From positions 1 through 39,071 of the forward strand of contig DATLHD010000101.1 of NCBI GenBank assembly GCA_035540075.1: a DNA stretch of 39,071 nucleotides. Direction: 5' to 3'. Every line of letters begins with the position of its first letter. The first letter of the stretch is position 1. Below the pieces are notes generated by a model, which was not told the origin of the DNA, made no database searches, and was given only the letters and a program-made list of their open reading frames with translations. The DNA comes from Gemmatimonadales bacterium. Its GTDB lineage: Bacteria; Gemmatimonadota; Gemmatimonadetes; Gemmatimonadales; GWC2-71-9. Made by a program: the position numbers and the translations under genes. Shown piece by piece: positions 1 through 10,578 of the stretch.

Positions 1-2405
<2,405 letters not shown>

Positions 2406-2411
2406 GCGGTA

Positions 2412-2506
2412 GGGCGGTAAGGCGGTAGCTTTCGCCACAAGAGACCCTCCGGTGTCCTGGGATGCCGGAGGGTCTCTTGTCACTGGAGCCTACCGCCTTA
2501 CCGCCC
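2412..2506. repeat. Outer 17-bp perfect inverted repeat (2412-2428 / 2490-2506) built from RGGCGGTA octamers, enclosing the lon/GGDEF terminator hairpin
   Basis: GGGCGGTAAGGCGGTAG at 2412-2428 is the exact reverse complement of CTACCGCCTTACCGCCC at 2490-2506. Three tandem octamers AGGCGGTA GGGCGGTA AGGCGGTA lie at 2404-2427. Confidence 0.85.
2441..2476. terminator. Bidirectional intrinsic terminator hairpin between convergent lon and the GGDEF gene
   Basis: Perfect 12-bp stem GAGACCCTCCGG (2441-2452) / CCGGAGGGTCTC (2465-2476) with a 12-nt loop. Flanked by ACAA upstream and TTGT downstream, so each strand reads a short UUGU tail. It sits between stops at 2405 (+) and 2498 (-). Confidence 0.7.
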
Positions 2507-4063
2507 CTCCACCTTCTCCCTTCTCAACGCTCGCATGGCCGCGTGGGCCAGCTCGCCCGGGGTGGTACCGTCCGACGGGTGCGTGGCCCAGCCGACGCTC
2601 ACGTGCAGCGGGATGATGACCCCCTCCGCCGTGGAGGCGGCATGGTCGCCGAGGACCTGGCGCAGTTTCGTCGCGACCACCGCCGCGCCACTCAGGCCCG
2701 CGCCGCGGAGAATCATGGCGAACTCCTCCGCCCCGTAGCGGCCGATCACGTCGCTCGCGCGGACGCTGCTCCGGAAGACGTTGGCGACATGGAGAAGGAC
2801 CTGGTCGCCCACGATCTGACCGAAGCGCTCGTGGACTTCGCTGAAGCGGTCGAGGTCGAACAGCAGGAAGGCGAGCGGGCCGCCGTGGCGTCGACCGTAC
2901 TCCACCGCGTACTCCAACTCCCCCATCAGCGCACCGTGATTCAGGAGGCCGGTGAGCTCGTCCCGGAGGAGCATCTCCCGCAGGCGGCGGCCGCGCTCCG
3001 CCCGGGTGATCACTGACTGCAGGAGGAGCTCCGGGGGAGCGGTGTCGGACAGGAAGTCGTCGGCGCCGGCGCGAAGGGCCTCGATCTGCATGGCCGGGTC
3101 GGGAGATCCGATCACCAGCGCCGGCAGCAGGTGGAATCTCGGGTCCGCACGCACGTCACGGAGCACGCTGAAGCCGTCGCCGTCGGCCAGGCGCGGCGCG
3201 GTGGCCAGGAGATCCGGGACCTCGCGGTCCAGCAGCTCTCGCGCGGCCTTGGCGGATGGACTGCGCACCACCCGGATGTTCGCCGGCTCCAGTACGCCGA
3301 CCACCCGGCTGGAGCGATCCGCATCGCCGTCGAGCAGGAGCACGGTGGAAGGCGGCGGACCACTCTGGGCCAGGGTGCGCGCATAGCGCGGCAGGTCGGC
3401 CACCATCCGTTCCGCGGGGAACACTCCATCCACACCCGCGGCCACGGCCCGGAGCCGATCCACCGCCCTGAGTGTCTCGATCAGGATCACCGCGCGCGGC
3501 CGGGTGGAGCGGCGGCTGGTCCACGAGGAGGCGACGGCGGAAGGGTCGCCCTCGCCCGGAGCGGTGCCGATCACCAGGAGATCCACTCGCTGGTCGCCGG
3601 TCACCGTGAGCGGATCCTCGGTGCGGCCGCGCAGGTCCACGGCGAATCCTGCGCCGACGAGCGCCTCCGTCACCCGGTCCCGATCCGCCCCAGCCGGGAG
3701 GACGAGAACCGCGCGCAGGCCGGTGCGGGCTACCTCGGTGCCGGTGGCTACCTGCGCTCGCGCGACGGTGAGCGCCGCCTCGAGGCGTCGAACCGCCTCG
3801 TTGAGCCGGTCCGACCCCGCGGCTGGAGGCGAGCTCGCGACCGATTGCTCCGCCGCCCGCGCGATCTCGCTGATCACGGGAAAACCGTAGGAGCCGCCCG
3901 AGCCGGCGAGCCGATGGAATCCGGTGCGGAGCTCGGCGACCACGTCCTCGCCGCGGCGGAGGGCCTCGATGGTTTTCCGAAGGTCGGCGATCGCGGTGGG
4001 GAGCTCCGCCAGATACTCGCGCTGGAGCTCACGGTAGGCCTCGGCGTGCAGGTCGTCGCTCAT
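2498..4063 (-). CDS. Hpt - receiver-like - receiver-like - GGDEF diguanylate cyclase family protein (GAEEF variant)
   Basis: 521-aa ORF. N-terminal Hpt-like FHRLAGSGGSYGF, two CheY-like segments (VLVLP...DLLVIG and VLLLDGD...DLLATA...ADDFLSD), and a C-terminal GGDEF domain with RASD (RxxD) followed by GRYGAEEFAMIL. ATGA overlap with the upstream TrmB gene at 4060-4063. Confidence 0.85.
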   Translation of the reverse strand: MSDDLHAEAYRELQREYLAELPTAIADLRKTIEALRRGEDVVAELRTGFHRLAGSGGSYGFPVISEIARAAEQSVASSPPAAGSDRLNEAVRRLEAALTVARAQVATGTEVARTGLRAVLVLPAGADRDRVTEALVGAGFAVDLRGRTEDPLTVTGDQRVDLLVIGTAPGEGDPSAVASSWTSRRSTRPRAVILIETLRAVDRLRAVAAGVDGVFPAERMVADLPRYARTLAQSGPPPSTVLLLDGDADRSSRVVGVLEPANIRVVRSPSAKAARELLDREVPDLLATAPRLADGDGFSVLRDVRADPRFHLLPALVIGSPDPAMQIEALRAGADDFLSDTAPPELLLQSVITRAERGRRLREMLLRDELTGLLNHGALMGELEYAVEYGRRHGGPLAFLLFDLDRFSEVHERFGQIVGDQVLLHVANVFRSSVRASDVIGRYGAEEFAMILRGAGLSGAAVVATKLRQVLGDHAASTAEGVIIPLHVSVGWATHPSDGTTPGELAHAAMRALRREKVEGR

Positions 4064-4740
4064 GCCACGCCGAAGCCCTCGAGCGCCAGCCGCGCGCCGG
4101 CCACGAACGTGGGAGCGGTGCTCCAGTGGCCCCGGACCTCGTTGCCGTTTCGCGAGCCCAGAATCGCACTCCGATCGTCCACCACGAGAATGACGGGCAT
4201 CCCCGGCCAGGCTCGGGCGTCGGGCGAGATCTGGTCCACGGTCGCAAAGCCGAGCTCCACCGGACTGGTAGAGGCTAGGTGGAGGGCGACTCCGGCGGCG
4301 TAGGGGCGCCGAAGAGCGGGGGCCAGGAGCGGATACGCGTCCGCCGGGGCGAGCAGTCCGACCGATTTGCCGGCGCGCGCCACATCATGCGTCATGAGCT
4401 GGAGCAGGGCCCTGCTGGAGATCAGCTCGACCAGGGTCTCGGTCTCCGGCACGGTGACGGCCTCGAGGTCGCGGCTGAGCCGTTCCAGTGCCTGGCCATG
4501 GTCGTTGGAGATCCGGGCAATCAGGGCGGCGGGAGATTCAGGCCGGTAGCGCTTCGGCCGGCCCCCGTCCACCCTGGCGGCTCCTTTGGCGACGAGTCCT
4601 TCCAGGGCACTGTATGCGTTCGCTCGGGCGAGACCGGCCGCCCGGGCGATGGCGTAGCCGGTGCCGGGCCCGCCGGTGAGGAGGACTTGGTAGACGAGAC
4701 CTTCAGTGGGGGTGAATCCGAAGCGAGTGAGGTCGGGCAC
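4060..4740 (-). CDS. TrmB-family winged-helix transcriptional regulator
   Basis: 226-aa ORF with GTG start. N-terminal FGFTPTEGLVYQVLLTGGPGTGYAIARAAGLARANAYSALEGLVAKG is typical of a TrmB HTH. The stop overlaps the start of the downstream GGDEF gene. Confidence 0.8.
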   Translation of the reverse strand: MPDLTRFGFTPTEGLVYQVLLTGGPGTGYAIARAAGLARANAYSALEGLVAKGAARVDGGRPKRYRPESPAALIARISNDHGQALERLSRDLEAVTVPETETLVELISSRALLQLMTHDVARAGKSVGLLAPADAYPLLAPALRRPYAAGVALHLASTSPVELGFATVDQISPDARAWPGMPVILVVDDRSAILGSRNGNEVRGHWSTAPTFVAGARLALEGFGVA

Positions 4741-4782
4741 GAACGTAGTATGGGGGACTACGACCTTACCTGTAAAGGCTCG

Positions 4783-5748
4783 CTATGCGTAGTCCAGCTG
4801 CCAGCCCAACAGCTTGGCGATCAGCGCCAGCCGGAAGGTGATATCCACCTCCCGCCCCTCCGTCGTCTTGGCGTCGAGATGTAGCGGATAGTAGTGGTAG
4901 GTGATCTTGTTGAGGGGCTTCGGCTGGGAGCGCAGGTTCTTGGGGCTCCATACCCCGGTCTCGTCGGAGTCCTTCAGCAGCCGAGCAAGCACCCGGGTCG
5001 CAACCGGGGCCCACTCCAGCGCGCCCATCCGCGCCAGCAGCTCGATGTAGTGCAGCGCCAGGGGGATGTCCTTGGGGTAGCCCTTGGCATCCGCCTCGAT
5101 CGGGTCGCCCAGCAGCAGATGCTGGGGCTTGATCGAGCGCTTCCCCACCTGGATCACGAACGCCTTCTTGGGTGCCGGCTGGGCCAGGTAGTGACCCAAC
5201 CGCTCCGTGAATCCCGCCCGCTCCCGCCGAAGGTTCGGCATCGCCGCGATCATGGCCACCGAGTACCAGCTGGGTGGATGCGCCTCCGGGTGCAGCGCGA
5301 GCGCCTTGCCGGACTTCACGAACGGCTTCTCGGCGACCGGACTGCGGAGAAACTGGGAGATCGAGTTGGCGATCTTGTGACCCGATCCGCGGAGCCGCGG
5401 ATCCTCGGCATAGCCGGCCTCCGCGAGCGCCGCGGAGGCGGCTTCGCGGATGTTTTCCCGGGCCCAGAGGCTGGCCTCGGGGTCGCTTTTCACCAGCTTC
5501 TGGAGCTCGAATTGGAGCGCGGGATCCTCGTCCCGGGAGAGGAGCCGGAAGAGCACCCGATCCGCCAGCTTGAAGGGACGACCTGTGCGCGGCCACTCCA
5601 ACTGTAGCAGGCGCCTATAGTTAGGGATGGTGCCGACGTCCTTGATCCCCTGGGCTGGGGAGGGAGCGAGGCCCAGGAGGTTGCCGCCCCAGGTACCGGT
5701 ATCCTTCTGCTTCTTCACCACCGCCACCGCAGTCTTCGACTCGCACAC
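4783..5748 (-). CDS. Hypothetical protein. The conservative call starts at GTG 5748, but the coding signal continues upstream to about 5889 (see findings).
   Basis: 321-aa ORF with high third-position GC and a QKDTGTWGGN segment reminiscent of alpha/alpha-toroid (prenyltransferase/terpene-cyclase-like) repeats. I recognise no named family with confidence. Confidence 0.65.
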   Translation of the reverse strand: MCESKTAVAVVKKQKDTGTWGGNLLGLAPSPAQGIKDVGTIPNYRRLLQLEWPRTGRPFKLADRVLFRLLSRDEDPALQFELQKLVKSDPEASLWARENIREAASAALAEAGYAEDPRLRGSGHKIANSISQFLRSPVAEKPFVKSGKALALHPEAHPPSWYSVAMIAAMPNLRRERAGFTERLGHYLAQPAPKKAFVIQVGKRSIKPQHLLLGDPIEADAKGYPKDIPLALHYIELLARMGALEWAPVATRVLARLLKDSDETGVWSPKNLRSQPKPLNKITYHYYPLHLDAKTTEGREVDITFRLALIAKLLGWQLDYA

Positions 5749-5938
5749 CGCCTGGTGGGCGGCCTCGTGCGCCTCTGGCGTCGCGTACCCAGCCGGGGCC
5801 AGCTCCGTCAGGGTGCGGTACCGGATAGACGCCCCGGCGTTCTCGAGCAGCCAGGTGAGCGGAATCCGGTGCTGGTGCGGCAGTTCCAGGAGCGCTCCTG
5901 GGGTAGGGGGCGGGAAACGGCCGCAAAGATAGAAGGGA

Positions 5939-5969
5939 GGGGAAGGCGGCGGTAGGGCGCGCCTTCCCC
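5939..5969 (-). terminator. Putative intrinsic terminator after the M28 peptidase gene
   Basis: 10-bp stem 5939-5948 / 5960-5969 (GGGGAAGGCG ... CGCCTTCCCC). On the minus strand it is followed by CTCCCTTCTATCTTTG. It starts 7 nt downstream of the stop at 5976-5978. Confidence 0.5.
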
Positions 5970-5975
5970 GAAACC

Positions 5976-7613
5976 CTACGACCCGGCCGTTTTACGCCTC
6001 GCCAGCCCGGCCTCCCGAAACTCGGAGCCGGCGACCCACTCCGGCTGGCTGGAAGCGTCGGCTACTGCGATTGCTGTCCGAACGGTGACGCGAAGCTGCT
6101 GAATGGCTCCATCGTACGTAAACCACGGCAGGATCTCATCATTAGCCTGATGGTACCGCTCGGCCGTGTACTTGTCCTTCTGCTCCTTCCCGAATCCAGC
6201 CGGTTTCCCCACGTAGTCGTTGCCGTTCTCCACCGAGGTGCCCGGCACCCCCACTCGCGCCAGGGGAAAGTGATCCGATCGGAAATACGCTCCCCGGATC
6301 AGCGCCTCTTCACTGCCGGTGACCTTCAGGCCTTCGGCGCCCGCGGCCGAGACGAAGACCTTGCCCAGGGTGGACTGGTCGAGCCCCAGTGCCGATACGT
6401 CGGTGGTCCGGCCGTAGAGGTTCATCACGTCCAGATTGAGGATCGCCGCTAGGTCGCCCAGAGGGGCCGGCGGCTTGTTCGCCAGCGCCTGGGAGCCGAT
6501 GAGCCCCGATTCCTCCGCCGCGAACGCCACGAAGATGAGCGACCGCGACGTCCGGACCCCGCTGCGCACGAACGCCTCCGCGGCGGTGAGCACCGCCGCG
6601 GTGCCCGAGGCGTTGTCCTCGGCCCCGTTGTAGATCGAATCCCCGTTCTGCGGCGCGCTGATCCCGAACCCATCGTAGTGCCCGCCGATCAGCACCGCTT
6701 CCTTGGCGAGGGGGCCGTGGCCCGGAAGCCGGCCCAGGACGTTCGCGGTCTCAGTGCGGCGGATCGCGCTTCGCACCGATCCCTCCAGCGTGATGCCGAG
6801 CGGGACGGGCTTGAAGCCCTTCCGGGCAGCGGCGGCGGTAAGGGCGGTGAGATCCTGGCCGCCGGCCTTGAACAGCCGTGCCGCGGTCTGCTCCTGGAGC
6901 CAGCCCGCCACGATCAGCGAGTCGGGCGGGTTCTCGAGTCGAACCTGGGGCCCGGTCCAGGCCGTGAGCACGGTGGTCCAGGGATAGGTCGCGCTTTCGG
7001 TGGTGTGGATAATCAGAAGACCGGCGGCTCCCTGCCGGCGAGCCTCCTCGATCTTGTAGGTCCAGCGGCCGTAATAGGTCAGGATCTTCCCTCGGAACAG
7101 CGACGAGTCCTGAATGCCGGGGTCGTTGACCAGTACGACGACGATCTTGCCCTTCGCGTCGAGCCCCGCGTAGTCGTTCCACCCGACCTCCGGGGCCACG
7201 ATCCCGTAGCCCACGAACACCGCGTCGCCGCGGACTTTGACGCTGGTGTCGTTACGCATGGACCAGAGGACGTAGTCGTCCTTCCACTTGAGCGGCATGG
7301 GTGCCGGCGCGGTGACGGCGAGCGTCGGACTCGGCGTCAGCGCGATGATGGGAACCCGCTGGTAGTAGGTGCCGCTGTCCCCCGCCGGCTCGAGGCCGAG
7401 CCGCCGGAACTGCGAGCCGAGATACTTCTGCGCCAGCTCACCGCCCCGGGTGCCGGGTGCGCGGCCCTCCAGCGCGTCGTCGGCCAGGAACTCCAGGTGT
7501 CCCCGGAGCACGTCGGCACTGAGTGCGGCGGCGACACGTGCCCCCGGCGACTGTTGGGCGGGCAGGATGTCGGCGCCGAGAATGAGGAGCAGAGCGAGCA
7601 GACACGATCTCAT
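5976..7613 (-). CDS. Secreted M28-family aminopeptidase with PA (protease-associated) insert
   Basis: M28 metal-ligand motifs GGHYDGFG, GAEDNASGTAAVL, FAAEESGLIGS, NLDV and FRSDHFP. Start taken at ATG 7613, which gives the signal peptide MRSCLLALLLILGADILPAQQ. The ORF-track start at 7694 adds 27 non-signal residues. Confidence 0.9.
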   Translation of the reverse strand: MRSCLLALLLILGADILPAQQSPGARVAAALSADVLRGHLEFLADDALEGRAPGTRGGELAQKYLGSQFRRLGLEPAGDSGTYYQRVPIIALTPSPTLAVTAPAPMPLKWKDDYVLWSMRNDTSVKVRGDAVFVGYGIVAPEVGWNDYAGLDAKGKIVVVLVNDPGIQDSSLFRGKILTYYGRWTYKIEEARRQGAAGLLIIHTTESATYPWTTVLTAWTGPQVRLENPPDSLIVAGWLQEQTAARLFKAGGQDLTALTAAAARKGFKPVPLGITLEGSVRSAIRRTETANVLGRLPGHGPLAKEAVLIGGHYDGFGISAPQNGDSIYNGAEDNASGTAAVLTAAEAFVRSGVRTSRSLIFVAFAAEESGLIGSQALANKPPAPLGDLAAILNLDVMNLYGRTTDVSALGLDQSTLGKVFVSAAGAEGLKVTGSEEALIRGAYFRSDHFPLARVGVPGTSVENGNDYVGKPAGFGKEQKDKYTAERYHQANDEILPWFTYDGAIQQLRVTVRTAIAVADASSQPEWVAGSEFREAGLARRKTAGS

Positions 7614-7621
7614 GGGCAGCC

Positions 7622-8365
7622 TTACAGTCGGAGTCTCTTGAAGAGGGCCTCCGGCATGGCCCGGATGAGGGCCATGATCGGACGCCAGAACCACGGAATG
7701 TACGCGACATCCCGACCCGCCTCGATCGCGCGGTAGATGGCGCGGGCCGCGCGCCGTGGCGAGCTGGCCAGGGGATTTCGGGGGAGATGGGCCGTCATCG
7801 GCGTATCCACGAACCCGGGCTTCAACGTCACGACCCGGATTCCGGCGGGACGGAGGCGCTGTCGCAGGCCCTGGAGAAAGACGCTGACCCCGGCCTTCGC
7901 GGCACCATAGACGTAGTTGCTCCGCCTCCCCCGATCGCCCGCCACAGAGCTGATGACCGCGATCGTGCCGGAGCCTTGAGCTTCGAACTCGCGTGCGAGC
8001 AAGGTGAGGAGCTCGACGGTGGCCACCAGGTTGAGCTCCAGCACCCGGGCCGCCTCACGGGACTCCACCTGACACCGCTCCTGGTCCGGAAGGTCGCCGT
8101 GGGCCAGAAGAGCCACGTCGAGTCGAGCGGAGAACGCCCGCCTTACCACCGGCGCATGTCGGTCGTGATCGAGCACGTCGAGCACCTCGGTCTCGACCGT
8201 CGCGCCACGGACCCGGAGATCGTCCCCGACGGCCGCAAGACGCGCCGGGTTTCGGCCCGTCAGGACGAGACTCGCGCCGCGTCCGGCATAGAGCCTGGCG
8301 ACTTCCGCGGCGATGGCGGAAGTGGCGCCGACGATCAGCACCCTGGGGTGGGGGTCAGCTCCCAC
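7622..8365 (-). CDS. Short-chain dehydrogenase, DprE2-like (polyprenyl-phospho-2-keto-pentose reductase candidate)
   Basis: 247 aa. VLIVGATSAIAAE Rossmann motif and SSVAGDRGRRSNYVYGAAKAGVSVF (YxxxK). The C-terminal WRPIMALIRAMPEALFKRLRL resembles the remembered Rv3791 tail [21 protein letters not shown]. Confidence 0.8.
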   Translation of the reverse strand: MGADPHPRVLIVGATSAIAAEVARLYAGRGASLVLTGRNPARLAAVGDDLRVRGATVETEVLDVLDHDRHAPVVRRAFSARLDVALLAHGDLPDQERCQVESREAARVLELNLVATVELLTLLAREFEAQGSGTIAVISSVAGDRGRRSNYVYGAAKAGVSVFLQGLRQRLRPAGIRVVTLKPGFVDTPMTAHLPRNPLASSPRRAARAIYRAIEAGRDVAYIPWFWRPIMALIRAMPEALFKRLRL

Positions 8366-9674
8366 TGACTCTGCGCCAGAAAGAGGATGAGAACCGGGGG
8401 TCCATCTGCCGGGCGAATCTCTCCCAGACCGGAAAGAAGGCCCTGAAGCTCTCGCCGCTCATCCGCGCATCCTTGGCCGGGTAGACTGCGCCGCCGACCT
8501 GCCTGACGACACCGTCGAGCTCCTCGAGCAGCCCCAGCGTGGCTCGACCACGGAGGGCGAGATCGACCGCGAGTGTGAGCCCGGGCCGGGGGAACGAGAG
8601 CAGCCCGGGCGATTGCCGGTCGCCGAACCGCTTGAGCACGCCGAGGCCGGCGACCTCGCGAGAGCCGCTGACCCGCTCCAGGATCTCGCGGATCGCTTCC
8701 CGGGCAGCTTCGGGCACCACGCATTGATACTGGACGAAGCCACGGCGGCCATAGAGGCGGTTCCAGTCGCCGATCGCGTCGAGCGGAAAAAAGAAGGAGC
8801 CGAACTCGACGGCGCGCAGACTTCGCTTCCGTGGTGCGCGCCCGTAGTTCAGGGCATTGAAGGCGGAGATCGTCAGTCGGTTGAGCAACGCGCTCGGGGC
8901 ATCACATGGGACCCGGACCCGGGGCTCGACCGCGAGAGGACGCCAGCCCGACGGCCGTGCGCCATGTGCACCCCGGAAATACACTCCGCGACCTAATCGC
9001 CGCCCCCGGCGCAGGCAGTCCACCCAGGCCACGGTGTACTCGTGCTGCGCATCCTCGGCCGCGATCGCGAGGAACTGGTCGAGTCCCTCGAACCGGATCC
9101 GCTCCTCTTCGATACCCGGACCGGCGACCCGTTGGAGCCGGATCTCGGCCCAGAGAATGAGCCCCGTCAGCCCCAGGCCGCCGATGGTCGCGGCGAAGAG
9201 CTCCGGGTTCGCCTCCGCTGTGCATACCATCCGCTCTCCCGAGGAGCGTACCAGCTCGAGCCGGGTCACGTGGGTCCCGAAGGTCCCCAGGTGGTGGTGA
9301 TTCTTCCCGTGGATGTCGTTCGCGATGGCTCCACCAACCGTCACCCACCGGGTGCCCGGCACCACTGGGAGACACCAGCCGCGTGGCACCACGAGGTCGA
9401 GGATCTCCGCCAGAGTGACCCCGGCCTCGCAGCGCAGAAGTCCGTCGTCTCCGAGCTCGATGAACCGGTCCAGTCCGGTCGCGTCGATCAGGGCGCCGTC
9501 CGCGTTGAGGCCGCTGTCGCCATAGCTGCGGCCACACCCGGACGGCAGGAGCGGCTCCGGCACATCGCCGAGTGCGGGGGGTTGATCACGCCAGCGAGCC
9601 GGGAGCACCCGGCTGTGTCGCGCGGTCGGGTACCGGCCCCAGGAGCGGCCGGGTCGGATGGTGATGGGTGTCAC
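8355..9674 (-). CDS. FAD-linked oxidase, DprE1-like (polyprenyl-phospho-ribose 2'-oxidase candidate)
   Basis: 439 aa. [48 protein letters not shown] and [10 protein letters not shown] are co-linear with remembered Rv3790 motifs ([41 protein letters not shown]). Confidence 0.85.
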   Translation of the reverse strand: [439 protein letters not shown]

Positions 9675-9675
9675 T

Positions 9676-10578
9676 TCAGAGCGCCGCGTACAGCACGAGG
9701 AGCACTAAGACGCCGACGACGTAGCTGGAGGGGTCGCGCGCGGCGGCGACGATGGGGTCTTCATTGATCTGCCCGCGATGCGCCAGCAGCCACATCCGGC
9801 TGGTCCAGAAGAGCAGGAGTGGACATACCAGGAAGAGCACGGCCGGCTTGGTGTAAAGCTTGACCACCTCGTCGCTGTTGAGATAGAGCGCGAGCACCAG
9901 GACAGCGAGGTAGGCGCTCGCGGCGCCCATGGTGCGCAGCCACTCCATGTCCTGGGGCAGGTAGCCTCGGCGTCGCAGGGACGGCGCGGGATGGGCCGCC
10001 AGCGTCGAGAGCTCGCCGTGTCGCTTGAGAAACGCGAGGCTCAGGAACAGAAAGGTGGAGAACGCCAGGAGCCAGGTCGAGAAGCGGACGCCGCTCGCGG
10101 TGATGCCCGCCAGTATTCGGAGGGTGTACAGTCCCGCCAGCAACAGCACGTCGAGCACCACCACACGCTTCAGGTACGCGGAGTAGGCGGTGGTCAGCCC
10201 TATGTACAGCAGCAGGAGCGCCAGGAAACCGGGCGCGACCAGCGCCGCGCCGACCACCAGCGAGGTGACGATCAGCGCGGGCGCGAGAATGTAGCCCGCG
10301 CGGGGGGAGAGCGCCCCGGAGGCGAACGGCCGATGGCGCTTGGTCGGATGGCTGCGATCCGCCTCGAGATCGAGGACGTCGTTCAGCACGTAGGCCCCGG
10401 ATGCGGCCAGGCTGAAAGCCGCAAACGCGACCGCGCCTCGCGCCACGACTTCCGGCTGCGTCAGCCGATGGTCCAGCAGGATCGGCACGAAGACGAGCAG
10501 GTTCTTCACCCATTGGTGCGGGCGCATCGCCCGCACGAGGGCGATCGACGGCGTGGCCCGCGCGGCGGCCTCAGTCAC
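9676..10578 (-). CDS. UbiA-family prenyl-phosphate phosphoribosyltransferase-like membrane protein (Rv3806c-like)
   Basis: MRPHQWVKNLLVF, YVLNDVLDLEADRSHPTKRHRPFASG (NDxxDxxxD) and multiple TM segments. Start set at GTG 10578, which overlaps the upstream stop as GTGACTGA. The ORF-track start at 10677 would overlap the upstream gene by 107 nt. Confidence 0.85.
   Translation of the reverse strand: MTEAAARATPSIALVRAMRPHQWVKNLLVFVPILLDHRLTQPEVVARGAVAFAAFSLAASGAYVLNDVLDLEADRSHPTKRHRPFASGALSPRAGYILAPALIVTSLVVGAALVAPGFLALLLLYIGLTTAYSAYLKRVVVLDVLLLAGLYTLRILAGITASGVRFSTWLLAFSTFLFLSLAFLKRHGELSTLAAHPAPSLRRRGYLPQDMEWLRTMGAASAYLAVLVLALYLNSDEVVKLYTKPAVLFLVCPLLLFWTSRMWLLAHRGQINEDPIVAAARDPSSYVVGVLVLLVLYAAL

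Noticed and set aside
3131-4303. 390-aa plus-strand ORF opposite the GGDEF and TrmB genes
   Set aside because: This is an antisense shadow with low-complexity Arg/Gly-rich translation. The opposite strand carries clear Hpt/REC/GGDEF and HTH motifs.
6678-7736. 352-aa plus-strand ORF opposite the M28 peptidase
   Set aside because: This is an antisense shadow. The M28 metal-ligand motifs are all on the minus strand.
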